A DNA stretch of 56,542 nt from an uncultured Gammaproteobacteria bacterium (GTDB lineage Bacteria > Patescibacteriota > Microgenomatia > UBA1406 > HO2-37-13b), in the NCBI GenBank assembly GCA_964422025.1, contig CAYQYZ010000008.1, positions 1 to 56,542 of the forward strand. Direction: 5' to 3'. The translations under genes were made by a program, and so were the position numbers. Below the pieces are notes generated by a model that searched no databases, had not been told where the DNA came from, and saw only the letters and a list, made by a program, of their open reading frames with translations. Shown here piece after piece: positions 8,172 to 17,797 of this stretch. Within the stretch, counting starts at the first letter, position 1, and each line of letters opens with the position of its first letter.

Positions 8172-9484
8172 AAAACATTCGATTTTTAATTCTATTTTCC
8201 CTGCTTATTCTTGTCTCACTGTATATTGATGTGGCCGATGTTGCCAAATTAGATCTACAACTAGGGAAGTACAAATTGCCACAATTTACAACGCAATTGG
8301 GCCTTGATCTTAAAGGAGGAAGTCATTTGGTTTTTGAAGCTGATATGAAGGATATTGCGAGCGCTGATCGGAAAGATGCGATTGAATCAGCTCGAAATAT
8401 TATCGAGCGCCGCGTAAACTTTTTTGGAGTAAGTGAACCTTCTGTGCAAACCACACAAGTAGGCGATAAACATCGCATTTTAGTTGATTTGCCGGGCAGT
8501 GATGATACCAGTAAAGCGATTTCATTAATCGGTCAAACCGCACGACTTGAATTCACGAAAGAGCCGCCAGAAGGCACAAAATTTGCATCCGATACACCAG
8601 ATTTTTTGAAGGTTAACCAGCAAACAGGAATTACCGGCAAACATATTCAACGTTCCGATGTACAAACAGATGATACCGGACGACCAGCCGTGGGACTTAC
8701 CTTTAATAGTGAAGGTACAAAGCTTTTTGCCGAGCTCACTAAACAAAATGTAGGCAAAAGAATTGGAATTTTTGTCGATGGATTCCCAATTACAAACCCT
8801 CCAACAGTAAATCAGGCAATCCTTGATGGAAAAGGAATTATTTCGGGTAGCTTTAGTATTGAACAAGCCAAACAATTATCGATTGCTATTAATTCAGGAG
8901 CGTTACCCGTATCCATTAAACTCGTTGAACAACGCAGTATTGGGCCGTCACTTGGCGCTGATCATATTCGCAAAAGCTTAGTTGCAGGAATTGTGGGGTT
9001 ATGCGCAGTGGTACTCTTTATGTTACTGTATTACGGACGATTGGGAGTAATTGCTGCTGTTGGCCTACTTGTTTATGGGCTTGTTACCTTCGCAATTTTT
9101 AAATTATTCTCCTTAGTCCTTACATTACCAGGTATCGCCGGATTCATCCTTTCCATTGGAATGGCGGTCGACTCAAACATTCTTATTTTCGAACGGATTA
9201 AAGAAGAAGTTCGAAAAGGAAAAGATGTAAAAGGCGCGGTTCGTGTTGGATTTGGACGAGCAATTGATGCAATTAAAGACGCCAACGTAACAACAATTCT
9301 TGTGGCCCTGATTCTTTACAACCCGCTCAATGCCGGTTGGTTGCCACAATTTGGACTCATTCGAGGATTTGCGTTGACGCTCCTTATTGGTGTTATCGTA
9401 AGCTTATTTACTGGTGTCGTTATTACCAAACGCTTGTTGGAAATTTTTTACTTGCCCAAAAGTGAAAGGAAAACACAATCATGA
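8168..9484 (+). CDS. secD: Protein translocase subunit SecD
   Basis: LGLDLKGG, RVNFFGVSEP, INSGALPV, IGPSLG, GMAVDSNILIFERIKEE motifs. Confidence 0.97.
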   Translation: MKNIRFLILFSLLILVSLYIDVADVAKLDLQLGKYKLPQFTTQLGLDLKGGSHLVFEADMKDIASADRKDAIESARNIIERRVNFFGVSEPSVQTTQVGDKHRILVDLPGSDDTSKAISLIGQTARLEFTKEPPEGTKFASDTPDFLKVNQQTGITGKHIQRSDVQTDDTGRPAVGLTFNSEGTKLFAELTKQNVGKRIGIFVDGFPITNPPTVNQAILDGKGIISGSFSIEQAKQLSIAINSGALPVSIKLVEQRSIGPSLGADHIRKSLVAGIVGLCAVVLFMLLYYGRLGVIAAVGLLVYGLVTFAIFKLFSLVLTLPGIAGFILSIGMAVDSNILIFERIKEEVRKGKDVKGAVRVGFGRAIDAIKDANVTTILVALILYNPLNAGWLPQFGLIRGFALTLLIGVIVSLFTGVVITKRLLEIFYLPKSERKTQS

Positions 9485-10344
9485 TTGATTTTTTGAAATA
9501 TACCAAGTTGTACGCGCTGATATCGATTATCGTTATCGTAACCGGATTTTCATCGCTCTTTACTTACGGACCCAATGTATCAATTGATTTTAGCGGAGGA
9601 TCCGTTATGCAGTATCAAAGCGATAAACCGCTTACAGAGGCACAAGTCGAAACCGTATTAAAGAAAGAAAAAGTCGATGTCGTATCGTTGTCTAAAGAGA
9701 GTAATAATGTTTTTCTGATTAAAACCAAACTAGTTACTGATCAAAAAGAGGTTACGCTCCGTGAAGCTCTTAAAAAAGAATACAAAACCTCAATTAAACA
9801 GCTTAAATACGAAACAGTCGGACCAACCTTAGGTAATGAAATGATGAAGAAAACACTAGTTGCCTCAGTTTTAGCCGTAATTATCATTTTAACCTACCTT
9901 ACCTATGCATTTAAAAAACTTAATTATGGAGTTGCGGCAGTAGTTGCTATGATGCACGATTTACTCGTATTAGTCAGCGTATACTCCTTACTCTCTCACT
10001 TCTTAGGAGCTGAGATTGACACTCTCTTCGTTACCGCTGTTCTTACTACACTCTCCTTCTCAGTCCACGACACGATTGTGTTGTTTGACAAAATTCGAGA
10101 ATATAGAAAACACTCTACGTTGCCATTACCAACCATGGCTAATAGAGCGTTTACTGAAACCGTTGTTCGATCAATTAACAACTCGCTTACAATTTTACTC
10201 ATGTTAGTTCCATTAACTCTTTTTGGTGGTCAATCAATTCAATTCTTTTCGGCAGCACTGTTAATCGGAACCGTAACCGGCATGTATTCTTCGCCATTCG
10301 TGGCTGTTCCAGTGTTGGTATGGCTTGAAAAACGTAAAAAATGA
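9481..10344 (+). CDS. secF: Protein translocase subunit SecF
   Basis: IDFSGGS, VGPTLG, HDLL, SVHDTIVLFDKIRE motifs; ATGA overlap with secD. Confidence 0.97.
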   Translation: MIDFLKYTKLYALISIIVIVTGFSSLFTYGPNVSIDFSGGSVMQYQSDKPLTEAQVETVLKKEKVDVVSLSKESNNVFLIKTKLVTDQKEVTLREALKKEYKTSIKQLKYETVGPTLGNEMMKKTLVASVLAVIIILTYLTYAFKKLNYGVAAVVAMMHDLLVLVSVYSLLSHFLGAEIDTLFVTAVLTTLSFSVHDTIVLFDKIREYRKHSTLPLPTMANRAFTETVVRSINNSLTILLMLVPLTLFGGQSIQFFSAALLIGTVTGMYSSPFVAVPVLVWLEKRKK

Positions 10345-11069
10345 GACTCAATAAATTTTTGGCTAGTAGTGGATTTTCCTCACGACGGGGCGCTGATGAG
10401 ATTATTAAAAATGGAAAGGTCCGCGTAAATGGAAAACGAGCAGTTTTAGGAGTCGATGTTGATCCTTCCAAGGACAAAGTAGAGATGTTCAGCGATACGT
10501 GGCGTGTTATCTCTGTAGAGTCTGAGAGAGTCGTGTATGCACTCAATAAGCCCGCCGGGTACGTTTCCACAGCTTCAGACCCCGATGGTAAAAAAACGAT
10601 TGTTTCATTGGTTCCACCTTCCCCCAGAGTATTCCCCGTTGGACGACTTGATGAAGATTCCAAAGGACTCATTTTACTCACAAATGACGGAAATTTAACG
10701 CAACGACTTACGCATCCATCAACTCATGTAGAAAAGGAGTATCGAGTTGTGTGCGAATTCGCCCGACAACTTCCCAAAGATGAATTTGAATACCATTTAA
10801 ATAAAGTTCGAAAAGGGGTGCTTTTAAAAGAGGGAAGAACGATGCCGGCAAAAATTGAAGTGCTCGATTTTTATCCGGGCCGATGCGTGCTTAGAATCAC
10901 TATTTCCGAAGGTAAACGCCGACAGATTAGGCGATCTATGCAGAAAATTCAAATGACGGTTGTGGAACTTGAACGGACACGAATTGGAGGACTAACTCTA
11001 CTGAGCCTTAATTTAGCACCGCGAAAATTTATAAGACTTACGGATGAGCAGATAGAGCTTCTTAAATAA
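10341..11069 (+). CDS. rRNA pseudouridine synthase, RsuA/RluB family with S4 domain
   Basis: MRLNKFLA...SRRGAD S4 domain, NKPAGYVST, catalytic VGRLDEDSKG, EGKRRQIRR. Confidence 0.95.
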   Translation: MRLNKFLASSGFSSRRGADEIIKNGKVRVNGKRAVLGVDVDPSKDKVEMFSDTWRVISVESERVVYALNKPAGYVSTASDPDGKKTIVSLVPPSPRVFPVGRLDEDSKGLILLTNDGNLTQRLTHPSTHVEKEYRVVCEFARQLPKDEFEYHLNKVRKGVLLKEGRTMPAKIEVLDFYPGRCVLRITISEGKRRQIRRSMQKIQMTVVELERTRIGGLTLLSLNLAPRKFIRLTDEQIELLK

Positions 11070-11094
11070 CGATTAGTCATACAAAACTCCTACC

Positions 11095-11137
11095 ATAATA
11101 TGACTCTTGCAATACTTCTTTCATAGAGTTATAATAT
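11095..11137 (+). promoter_or_regulatory. Sigma70-type promoter of the TA pair with overlapping inverted repeat (possible operator)
   Basis: TTGCAA (11107-11112), 17 nt spacer, TATAAT (11130-11135); imperfect IR ATAATATGACTCT (11095-11107) / AGAGTTATAATAT (11125-11137), 11 of 13 positions complementary. Confidence 0.6.
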
Positions 11138-11144
11138 TAGCACT

Positions 11145-11420
11145 ATGAACACAACAGCACAAAGAAAACAGGCACAATTTACGTTTTCACCACATCTATA
11201 TAACTTGGCAGAATCTCTTGCCCGTTCCCGTGGCCTTTCTTTGGCAGAGTACGTTCGTTATTTGATCGTTCGAGAGGTTGATAAAAAAGACGTTGAATTA
11301 GTGCGTATGCAGAGCGCTGCCGATGAGGCACTAAAAGAGTATCGGGAAGGTAAAGGGGTCGTAACTATGTCAAGTGAAAAAGATATAGATACTTACCTAA
11401 ATTCACTTGATACTGAATAA
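11145..11420 (+). CDS. Putative type II antitoxin (ribbon-helix-helix-like)
   Basis: AQFTFSPHLYNLAESLARSRGLSLAEYVRYLI RHH-like segment; C-terminal EALKEYREGK...IDTYLN; directly upstream of a RelE-like gene. Confidence 0.7.
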   Translation: MNTTAQRKQAQFTFSPHLYNLAESLARSRGLSLAEYVRYLIVREVDKKDVELVRMQSAADEALKEYREGKGVVTMSSEKDIDTYLNSLDTE

Positions 11421-11445
11421 CGCGCCTGATAAAATAGCCGCAATT

Positions 11446-11727
11446 ATGCGTGCGACACTCCAAATCTCGACTACTCCAAAGTACACTCGCGCAGTTACAA
11501 AATACTTTAAAAATGATAAAAAGCGTAAAGTAGAGATAGCTAGAGCACTTAAACTCTTTATCTCAAATCCCGCTCATCCCGGACTCAACACAGAGCTTCT
11601 GAAAAATTCAGAATTTTGGACAATGCGAGTAAATAAATCTGATCGTATTTTCTTTCTATGGATTGAAAAAAATAAACATGCTTTGTTGTGGGATATTGGA
11701 GCACATGATAAATATAGGAGATATTAA
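11446..11727 (+). CDS. RelE/ParE-superfamily toxin (YafQ-like mRNA interferase)
   Basis: NPAHPGLNTELL, WTMRVNKSDRIFF, DIGAHD motifs; basic 93 aa. ORF track start 11407 (TTG). Confidence 0.75.
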   Translation: MRATLQISTTPKYTRAVTKYFKNDKKRKVEIARALKLFISNPAHPGLNTELLKNSEFWTMRVNKSDRIFFLWIEKNKHALLWDIGAHDKYRRY

Positions 11728-11753
11728 ATACGTATGCTATACTATTCCCACTC

Positions 11754-12914
11754 ATGTCTACGAATACTATTCTTTGTCCCCATTGTAAGCACGAAATCGA
11801 ACTTTCTGAAGCACTTTCGCATCAAATGAAGGAACAGATTATAGCGACAGTGGCCACAAAACATGCCGCTGAGCTAGAGGAGGCAAAAAAACTCTCACTC
11901 GAGGAAGCCCAAAAGAAGGCTGCTGCTGAATTTGAATCGCAAACCAAAAATCTTTCGGTAGAAATTGCCGAAGAAAAAGAACGCAATAAAAAACTTACTG
12001 AAAAACTTGATGGACTGCTTGAAGAAATGCGCGCACTGCGCCGACGTGATGAAGAGCGCGAAATTGAAATGAAAGAAAAATTATTAAAAGAGGAGGAAAG
12101 AATTTCCCAAGACGCCCGAAAGAAAGCGGAAGCGGAGCATGAATTGAAGGATTTGGAAAAAAATAAGAAATTAAATGATGCACTGCGCCAAATTGAAGAG
12201 CTTAAAACTAAAATGCAACAAGGCTCCCAACAAATGCAGGGTGAGGTGCTTGAGCTGGAACTAGAGCGGTTATTGCACGCAGAATTCCCCACCGATTCAA
12301 TTACCGAAGTTAAAAAAGGCGAACGGGGAGCCGATACGGTTCACACCGTTATCGATAAACTCGGCCGAACCTGTGGAACTATTTTGTGGGAAACTAAAAA
12401 CGCACAGTGGCAGGCGTCATGGATTCCTAAGTTAAAAGAAGATCAACGGGCGAAAAAGTCGGAGCTAGCAGTGCTTGTGACTATTAATAAACCCGACTGG
12501 CTAGACTCATTTACCTATAAAGAAGGCGTATGGGTGGTTTCATGGAAATTCGCACTTGCACTTGCGTTTGCGTTGCGCTATCACTTAGTAAGCATTAAAC
12601 ATGAAAAAGCTTCTTACGAAGGCCGCGATGGCAAGATGGAGGTGTTGTACCAGTATTTAACCGGCACTGAATTTAAGCATCGGGTCGAGGCTATCGTGGA
12701 AGGCTTCGGATCAATGCAAAAAGAACTTGAACGCGAAAAAAATTGGTTTCATACTAAATGGGCTAAACAGGAAAAAGAAATTAGAAAAGTACTTGATAAT
12801 ACCCATGGAATGTATGGCGATTTACAGGGAATTATTGGCGCATCCCTGCCTGAATTACCAAGTGGTATAATGGCCGAAATAGAGCCTTCTAACGATCCAG
12901 ATATCATAAAATGA
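11754..12914 (+). CDS. DUF2130 domain protein (Zn knuckle, coiled coil, RmuC-like nuclease-fold domain)
   Basis: ILCPHCKHEIEL, long coiled coil, GSQQMQGEVLELELE, GAD, ILWETK, KLKEDQR motifs. Confidence 0.85.
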   Translation: MSTNTILCPHCKHEIELSEALSHQMKEQIIATVATKHAAELEEAKKLSLEEAQKKAAAEFESQTKNLSVEIAEEKERNKKLTEKLDGLLEEMRALRRRDEEREIEMKEKLLKEEERISQDARKKAEAEHELKDLEKNKKLNDALRQIEELKTKMQQGSQQMQGEVLELELERLLHAEFPTDSITEVKKGERGADTVHTVIDKLGRTCGTILWETKNAQWQASWIPKLKEDQRAKKSELAVLVTINKPDWLDSFTYKEGVWVVSWKFALALAFALRYHLVSIKHEKASYEGRDGKMEVLYQYLTGTEFKHRVEAIVEGFGSMQKELEREKNWFHTKWAKQEKEIRKVLDNTHGMYGDLQGIIGASLPELPSGIMAEIEPSNDPDIIK

Positions 12915-12966
12915 GACTTCTAGTCCGTAGACAAATGAATTACAGTCTTTTATAATGGCTTTCCAT

Positions 12967-13446
12967 ATGACAAATTCTGATGTGTGTCCACAATGTGGAT
13001 CAGCTCTAAACCCAGTCACCCAGACTAAAACGGGGAAATCGTTACGACGTTGCAGTGCCGGATCATGGAATCCCGACACTAAAGAGGTAGATGGATGTTC
13101 CTACGTGCTGTGGGTAACTCCTGAACCTGAAACACTTGAAGAAAAGTGTCCAAAATGTAGCTCGCCACTTATGTTGGTGGTAACTCGTTTTGGCAAGAAG
13201 ATGAAAAAGTGTTCAACCAATAAATGGGATCCAGAAACCAAAACAGCAAGTGGCTGTGATTATGTAGAGTTTTTAGGAACAAGTGTTGAGGAATTAGATG
13301 AAGATTGTCCAGACTGTGGTGAAAAGCTCGTTATGAAAACCACATCTAATGGCAAACGTATGAAAGTATGTTCAACCAATAAATGGGATCCAAAAACTAA
13401 AATGGCTGTTGGATGCGAATATATTGAGTGGCAACCGACGCAATAA
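12967..13446 (+). CDS. Stand-alone topoisomerase-type C4 zinc-ribbon repeat protein (3 repeats)
   Basis: Three CPxC...CS...GCxY units; ORF track start 12955 overlaps the TATAAT box, so 12967 is preferred. Confidence 0.8.
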   Translation: MTNSDVCPQCGSALNPVTQTKTGKSLRRCSAGSWNPDTKEVDGCSYVLWVTPEPETLEEKCPKCSSPLMLVVTRFGKKMKKCSTNKWDPETKTASGCDYVEFLGTSVEELDEDCPDCGEKLVMKTTSNGKRMKVCSTNKWDPKTKMAVGCEYIEWQPTQ

Positions 13447-13465
13447 GTTGTTATAATAAGCTTGT

Positions 13466-14140
13466 ATGCAGAAAGAGACTGGACTTGCGGTTGGGATAAT
13501 ATTATTTGTATTAGGAGCGACATTTTTCTTCTTGTGGCCCAAAACGTCACGGAATGAATTGGATACGACGGAGGTTGTAGAGAGTTCGACCGCAGAGTCT
13601 GCGCAAGTACCTGTAGAAAGTACCGATATGACAAAAGCAAAACCAACACCAAAAATGATGATTGATTCGTCAAAAAAGTACCAGGCGGTCTTAACCACAT
13701 CGGTGGGAGCAATCACTATTGATTTGAATGCAAAGGCTACTCCTATTACGGTAAATAATTTTGTCACACTTGCTAAAAGCAAATTTTATGACAAAACAAT
13801 TTTCCATCGTGTAATTAATGGATTTATGATTCAGGGTGGAGATCCAACGGGAACTGGTATGGGCGGACCTGGATACAAATTTGATGATGAAAAATTTGAA
13901 GGCGAATATGTACGTGGAACCGTTGCGATGGCAAACGCAGGTCCAAATACCAATGGAAGCCAATTTTTCATAATGCATGGAAACACGCCATTGCCTAAAA
14001 ACTACATTATTTTTGGAACAGTAAGCTCAGGTCTTGAAACAGTCGACAAAATTGCAACTGCACCCGTAAAACCAGGTGGTGAAGGTTCGTCACCCGTTGA
14101 TCCGGTACAAATAACTAAAGCAGAAATTATCGAAAAATAA
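13466..14140 (+). CDS. Cyclophilin-type peptidyl-prolyl cis-trans isomerase with N-terminal membrane anchor
   Basis: FHRVINGFMIQGGDPTGTGMGGPGY, AMANAGPNTNGSQFFI. Confidence 0.95.
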   Translation: MQKETGLAVGIILFVLGATFFFLWPKTSRNELDTTEVVESSTAESAQVPVESTDMTKAKPTPKMMIDSSKKYQAVLTTSVGAITIDLNAKATPITVNNFVTLAKSKFYDKTIFHRVINGFMIQGGDPTGTGMGGPGYKFDDEKFEGEYVRGTVAMANAGPNTNGSQFFIMHGNTPLPKNYIIFGTVSSGLETVDKIATAPVKPGGEGSSPVDPVQITKAEIIEK

Positions 14141-14144
14141 TTAC

Positions 14145-14762
14145 GTGCGAATTGATTCATATCCACTCGGGCAACTACAGGCAAATTGTTACTTTTTAAC
14201 TCAAGGAAGTGATTGTATTATTATCGATCCGGCCGACAGCGCTGATTTTATTCTTGAAAAAATTCAACGGGAACGGTTAAATCTTGTGGCCCTCCTCGCT
14301 ACTCACGGACACTTTGATCATATTATGGCGGTGGGCGAGATTCAATTGTCGTACGATGTTCCGCTGTATATCCACGATGATGACTTATTTCTTGTAAAGA
14401 GATTAAACGAAACCGCAAAACATTTTCTAGGATTCGATCCGGCAGTTATCGCTCCCAAGGAGACTATTTCATTTAAAGCCGGGTCGCTTGAGATTGGAGA
14501 TTTTGCATTTAATGTCATTCATACCCCTGGTCACACTCCCGGCAGCTGCTCGGTGTATGTAGAGGAGGAAAATTCTGTTTTTACTGGCGACACGCTCTTT
14601 AAAGAAGGAATTGGAAGTTACGATCATTTATATAGCGACAAAAAAGTTCTCTTTGCATCTCTTAAAACTCTCTTTGAATTGCCAGAAGAAACAATTGTAT
14701 ATCCAGGGCACGAAGATATTACGACGATTGGGGAGGAGAAACACTCATTGCAACTCTTTTGA
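14145..14762 (+). CDS. MBL-fold metallo-hydrolase (glyoxalase II-like)
   Basis: THGHFDH, HTPGHTPG, FTGDTLF, YPGH motifs; GTG start. Confidence 0.92.
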   Translation: MRIDSYPLGQLQANCYFLTQGSDCIIIDPADSADFILEKIQRERLNLVALLATHGHFDHIMAVGEIQLSYDVPLYIHDDDLFLVKRLNETAKHFLGFDPAVIAPKETISFKAGSLEIGDFAFNVIHTPGHTPGSCSVYVEEENSVFTGDTLFKEGIGSYDHLYSDKKVLFASLKTLFELPEETIVYPGHEDITTIGEEKHSLQLF

Positions 14763-16091
14763 TCTCGTTAGTAGTGCTTCTCGCTCATTCTTTAATGTTC
14801 CTGCAAATACCTCTGCAAAGAGTGCATTAAGAATTTCTCCAACCTTTGGACTCGGTTTGAGTGACAGTTGTTCCATAACATCTTTCCCATTTATCTTTAA
14901 ATCTTTTACTGCAAATGGTTCGTGTTGAACTTCTTCAAGACGTTTTTTAAATAATTCAGTTCTCCATGATGTTAATTTTGCTCCGCTCCCAAGACGGTCG
15001 GCAACGCGCAGATCAAGCGCATCGTACATATACTCTTTTCCAACGTTTCTAATAAATCGGCGAATAGCGCTGTCTGTTTGGGTTTCTGAAACCGTAAACA
15101 TGTGGAATCGCACAAGTGTTACCAATTTTTCTCGTTCTTTTTTTGACAAATGCAATCGTTGTGCGATTTCGAAAACCTGGGAAGCTCCTACGATTTCATG
15201 ATTATAAAATGTAATCATTTGGGTGTGTTCGTCTTTCGCATACGTTTTTGCTTTTCCAATGTCATGAAGTAGCGTTGCAAAACGAGTGATTACATCATTT
15301 GAAGGGCATAGTCGTAGTGCTTCGATTAAATGAGTTCCAACATCAACCGTATGATGCCGGCCCGGACTTACCTGGTCTACTCCAAAACAATCTTCAACTT
15401 CGGGGAGGATATATTTAAGCAATGTTGTATCGTGGAGCAACAGAATTCCGTCCGCGGCTCTTGTGGAGTTAATGATCTTGAATAGCTCATCGCGAATCCG
15501 TTCCCCCGAAATATGCGTTATAAGTTCCGCATTTTTTTTGATCGATTCAAGAGTCTCATTATCAATACTAAATCCCAATTGCGTTGCAATCCGAACAGCT
15601 CGCATAAGTCGAAGAGCGTCTTCTGCAAATCGAACATCTGCATTTCCTACAGCTTTAATTATTTTCTTTTCAATATCTTGCTCTCCTGCATATGGGTCTA
15701 CCAAAGATTTGCCATCAAATGCAATTGCATTCACTGTAAAATCTCGTCGGGCTAAATCTTCTTCAACCTTTGTTGCCCATTCAATTTCATCGGGGTGTCT
15801 GCTGTCGGTGTAACCGCTCTCTTTTCGAAATGGAGTGACTTCAAATAAGAACCCCTTTTCTTTATCTAGTACAACCGTTACCGTTCCGTAATTGTTCTCA
15901 TAAAAATTTTCAGGAAACAGTTTCTGGATAGCTTCAACCGAAGCGTTTGTTGTAAAATCCCAGTTAGTAATTTCTTTTCCCAAAATTAAGTCTCGAACAC
16001 CTCCGCCAACCACATAAACCTCAAAGTCGTTTTTTTCAAAACTGCTCATAAATTCCAAAACTTCGCTAGGCAAAACAAGTGGCGTTTTCAT
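14745..16091 (-). CDS. cca: CCA-adding enzyme/poly(A) polymerase family nucleotidyltransferase with HD domain
   Basis: VGGGVRD, WDFTT, EDLARRDFTVNA, EDALRLMRAVR, LLHDIGK. ORF track start 16244; ATG 16091 preferred. CCA versus A- or CC-adding activity cannot be decided here. Confidence 0.88.
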   Translation of the reverse strand: MKTPLVLPSEVLEFMSSFEKNDFEVYVVGGGVRDLILGKEITNWDFTTNASVEAIQKLFPENFYENNYGTVTVVLDKEKGFLFEVTPFRKESGYTDSRHPDEIEWATKVEEDLARRDFTVNAIAFDGKSLVDPYAGEQDIEKKIIKAVGNADVRFAEDALRLMRAVRIATQLGFSIDNETLESIKKNAELITHISGERIRDELFKIINSTRAADGILLLHDTTLLKYILPEVEDCFGVDQVSPGRHHTVDVGTHLIEALRLCPSNDVITRFATLLHDIGKAKTYAKDEHTQMITFYNHEIVGASQVFEIAQRLHLSKKEREKLVTLVRFHMFTVSETQTDSAIRRFIRNVGKEYMYDALDLRVADRLGSGAKLTSWRTELFKKRLEEVQHEPFAVKDLKINGKDVMEQLSLKPSPKVGEILNALFAEVFAGTLKNEREALLTRSKELQ

Positions 16092-16110
16092 ACGGATTAT
16101 TGTACTATAT

Positions 16111-17793
16111 ATGCCACGAATGAAACTTGCTATTAAAAGAACCCTTAAAGAGCCTGTAAGCGTTGATGAAATCGTCTCTTTATTACTCAAAGATAGAGGC
16201 CTTGAGAAAGATATTGAGTTTTTAAATCCTCCGAACCCGAGCACAATCGATTTTTCATCATTTTTTACACCAGCATATTACAAAAAACATCTCTTATCCA
16301 CTCTCTCTACACTCAAGCGTATTAAGGAGAATAGCGAAACTATCGTTGTATATTGTGATTATGACGCAGACGGAATTACCGGAGGAGCAGTTTTGTGGGA
16401 AACACTTCATTTGCTAGGATTCAAAGTATTTCCCCATGTTCCCGATAGAAAAAGTGAAGGGTATGGATTTTCAAAAGTTGGAATTGATGCGGTAAAGGAA
16501 AAATATAATCCTGCACTTATAATTTCAGTTGATCATGGAATCATGGGGCACAAACAAATTTCATACGCAAAGTCATTGGGAATAGACGTTATTATTACCG
16601 ATCATCATAGTAAAGCAGAAACTGATCCGACCGATACACTAGCGATTTTTCATACCAGCAAATTATCGGGGAGCGGTGTTGCTTATTTTTTTGCAAAAAC
16701 AGTTTTTGAAGAATTGAAAAACTCTCTTGACGCCAAAACTTCTTCAATTCTTACTAAACACTTTTCAAACGACTACCAGGCGCTTGCTGCTATTGGAACT
16801 GTTGCGGATCTCGTCCCACTTACCGGTGCAAGTAGAGCATTAGTAAAGCACGGGCTGAAAGCACTTACTAAAAGTAGTCGTCCGGGTTTAAAACATTTAT
16901 TTATTGATGCGGAAATTGTAGGTCGAAACATGAGTCCGTACGAAGTTGGTTTTATTATCGCTCCACGTATTAATGCATTCGGTCGACTTACCCATGCAAT
17001 CGATGCACTCCGTATGCTTTGTACAGTTTCGGAGAGCCGAGCAAGCGAACTTGCAAAAAAATCAGGAACGGTAAATAAAGATAGGCAAGCATTGGTGGAA
17101 ATTGGAATAGAACAAGCGCTTAAACAAGTAAATGAAACAGACAAAATAATTATCGTTTCCTCACCCGATTGGAACGAAGGAATTATTGGCTTGATTGCTT
17201 CAAAATTGGTTGAAAAATATTATCGCCCGGCAATTGTTCTGGCAATTTCCGATGGACACGCAAAAGCATCGGTCCGCTCTATCACGGGAGTTGACATTAC
17301 GGCATTTCTGAGAATACATGAAAAACTACTTATAAGCATTGGCGGACATGCAATGGCCGCCGGACTTTCGATCGAAGTAAAGAACTTAGAAAAATTCAAA
17401 AAGGCAATTTTAACTGACGCAGAAAAAAACATTACTGATGAACAACTAATTCCAACGACAAATGTTGATATGCAAATTCCATTTGAACTTAACACACTTG
17501 AACTTGCACATGCGCTCGAAAAACTCTCTCCTTTTGGAGTAGGTAACCCATACCCGGTATTCTCAACTGAAGGTCAGATTGCTGATAAAAAATTGCTCGG
17601 AAAAAATAGCGATCATTTAAAGTTAATGATTAAAAGCGGCGACATCTTACCAATTGAATGTATGTTTTTTAAACAAGGAGCACTTCATGATGAATTAAAA
17701 ATCGGGGAGAAAAGAGAATTTGTCTATAAACTTGAGATTAATCGGTGGAATGGGCGGGAGAAAGTGAGTATGATGGGGAAAACGATTATTTAA
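16111..17793 (+). CDS. recJ: Single-stranded DNA-specific exonuclease RecJ
   Basis: DYDADG, VDHG, TDHH, GTVADLVPL, PRINAFGRL, GGHAMAAG, PFGVGNP. Confidence 0.96.
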   Translation: MPRMKLAIKRTLKEPVSVDEIVSLLLKDRGLEKDIEFLNPPNPSTIDFSSFFTPAYYKKHLLSTLSTLKRIKENSETIVVYCDYDADGITGGAVLWETLHLLGFKVFPHVPDRKSEGYGFSKVGIDAVKEKYNPALIISVDHGIMGHKQISYAKSLGIDVIITDHHSKAETDPTDTLAIFHTSKLSGSGVAYFFAKTVFEELKNSLDAKTSSILTKHFSNDYQALAAIGTVADLVPLTGASRALVKHGLKALTKSSRPGLKHLFIDAEIVGRNMSPYEVGFIIAPRINAFGRLTHAIDALRMLCTVSESRASELAKKSGTVNKDRQALVEIGIEQALKQVNETDKIIIVSSPDWNEGIIGLIASKLVEKYYRPAIVLAISDGHAKASVRSITGVDITAFLRIHEKLLISIGGHAMAAGLSIEVKNLEKFKKAILTDAEKNITDEQLIPTTNVDMQIPFELNTLELAHALEKLSPFGVGNPYPVFSTEGQIADKKLLGKNSDHLKLMIKSGDILPIECMFFKQGALHDELKIGEKREFVYKLEINRWNGREKVSMMGKTII

Positions 17794-17797
17794 TAAG

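Noticed and set aside
14145-14762. Metallo-beta-lactamase (antibiotic resistance)
   Set aside because: The HxHxDH motif and cytoplasmic 205-aa form fit housekeeping glyoxalase II-like hydrolases; no signal peptide.
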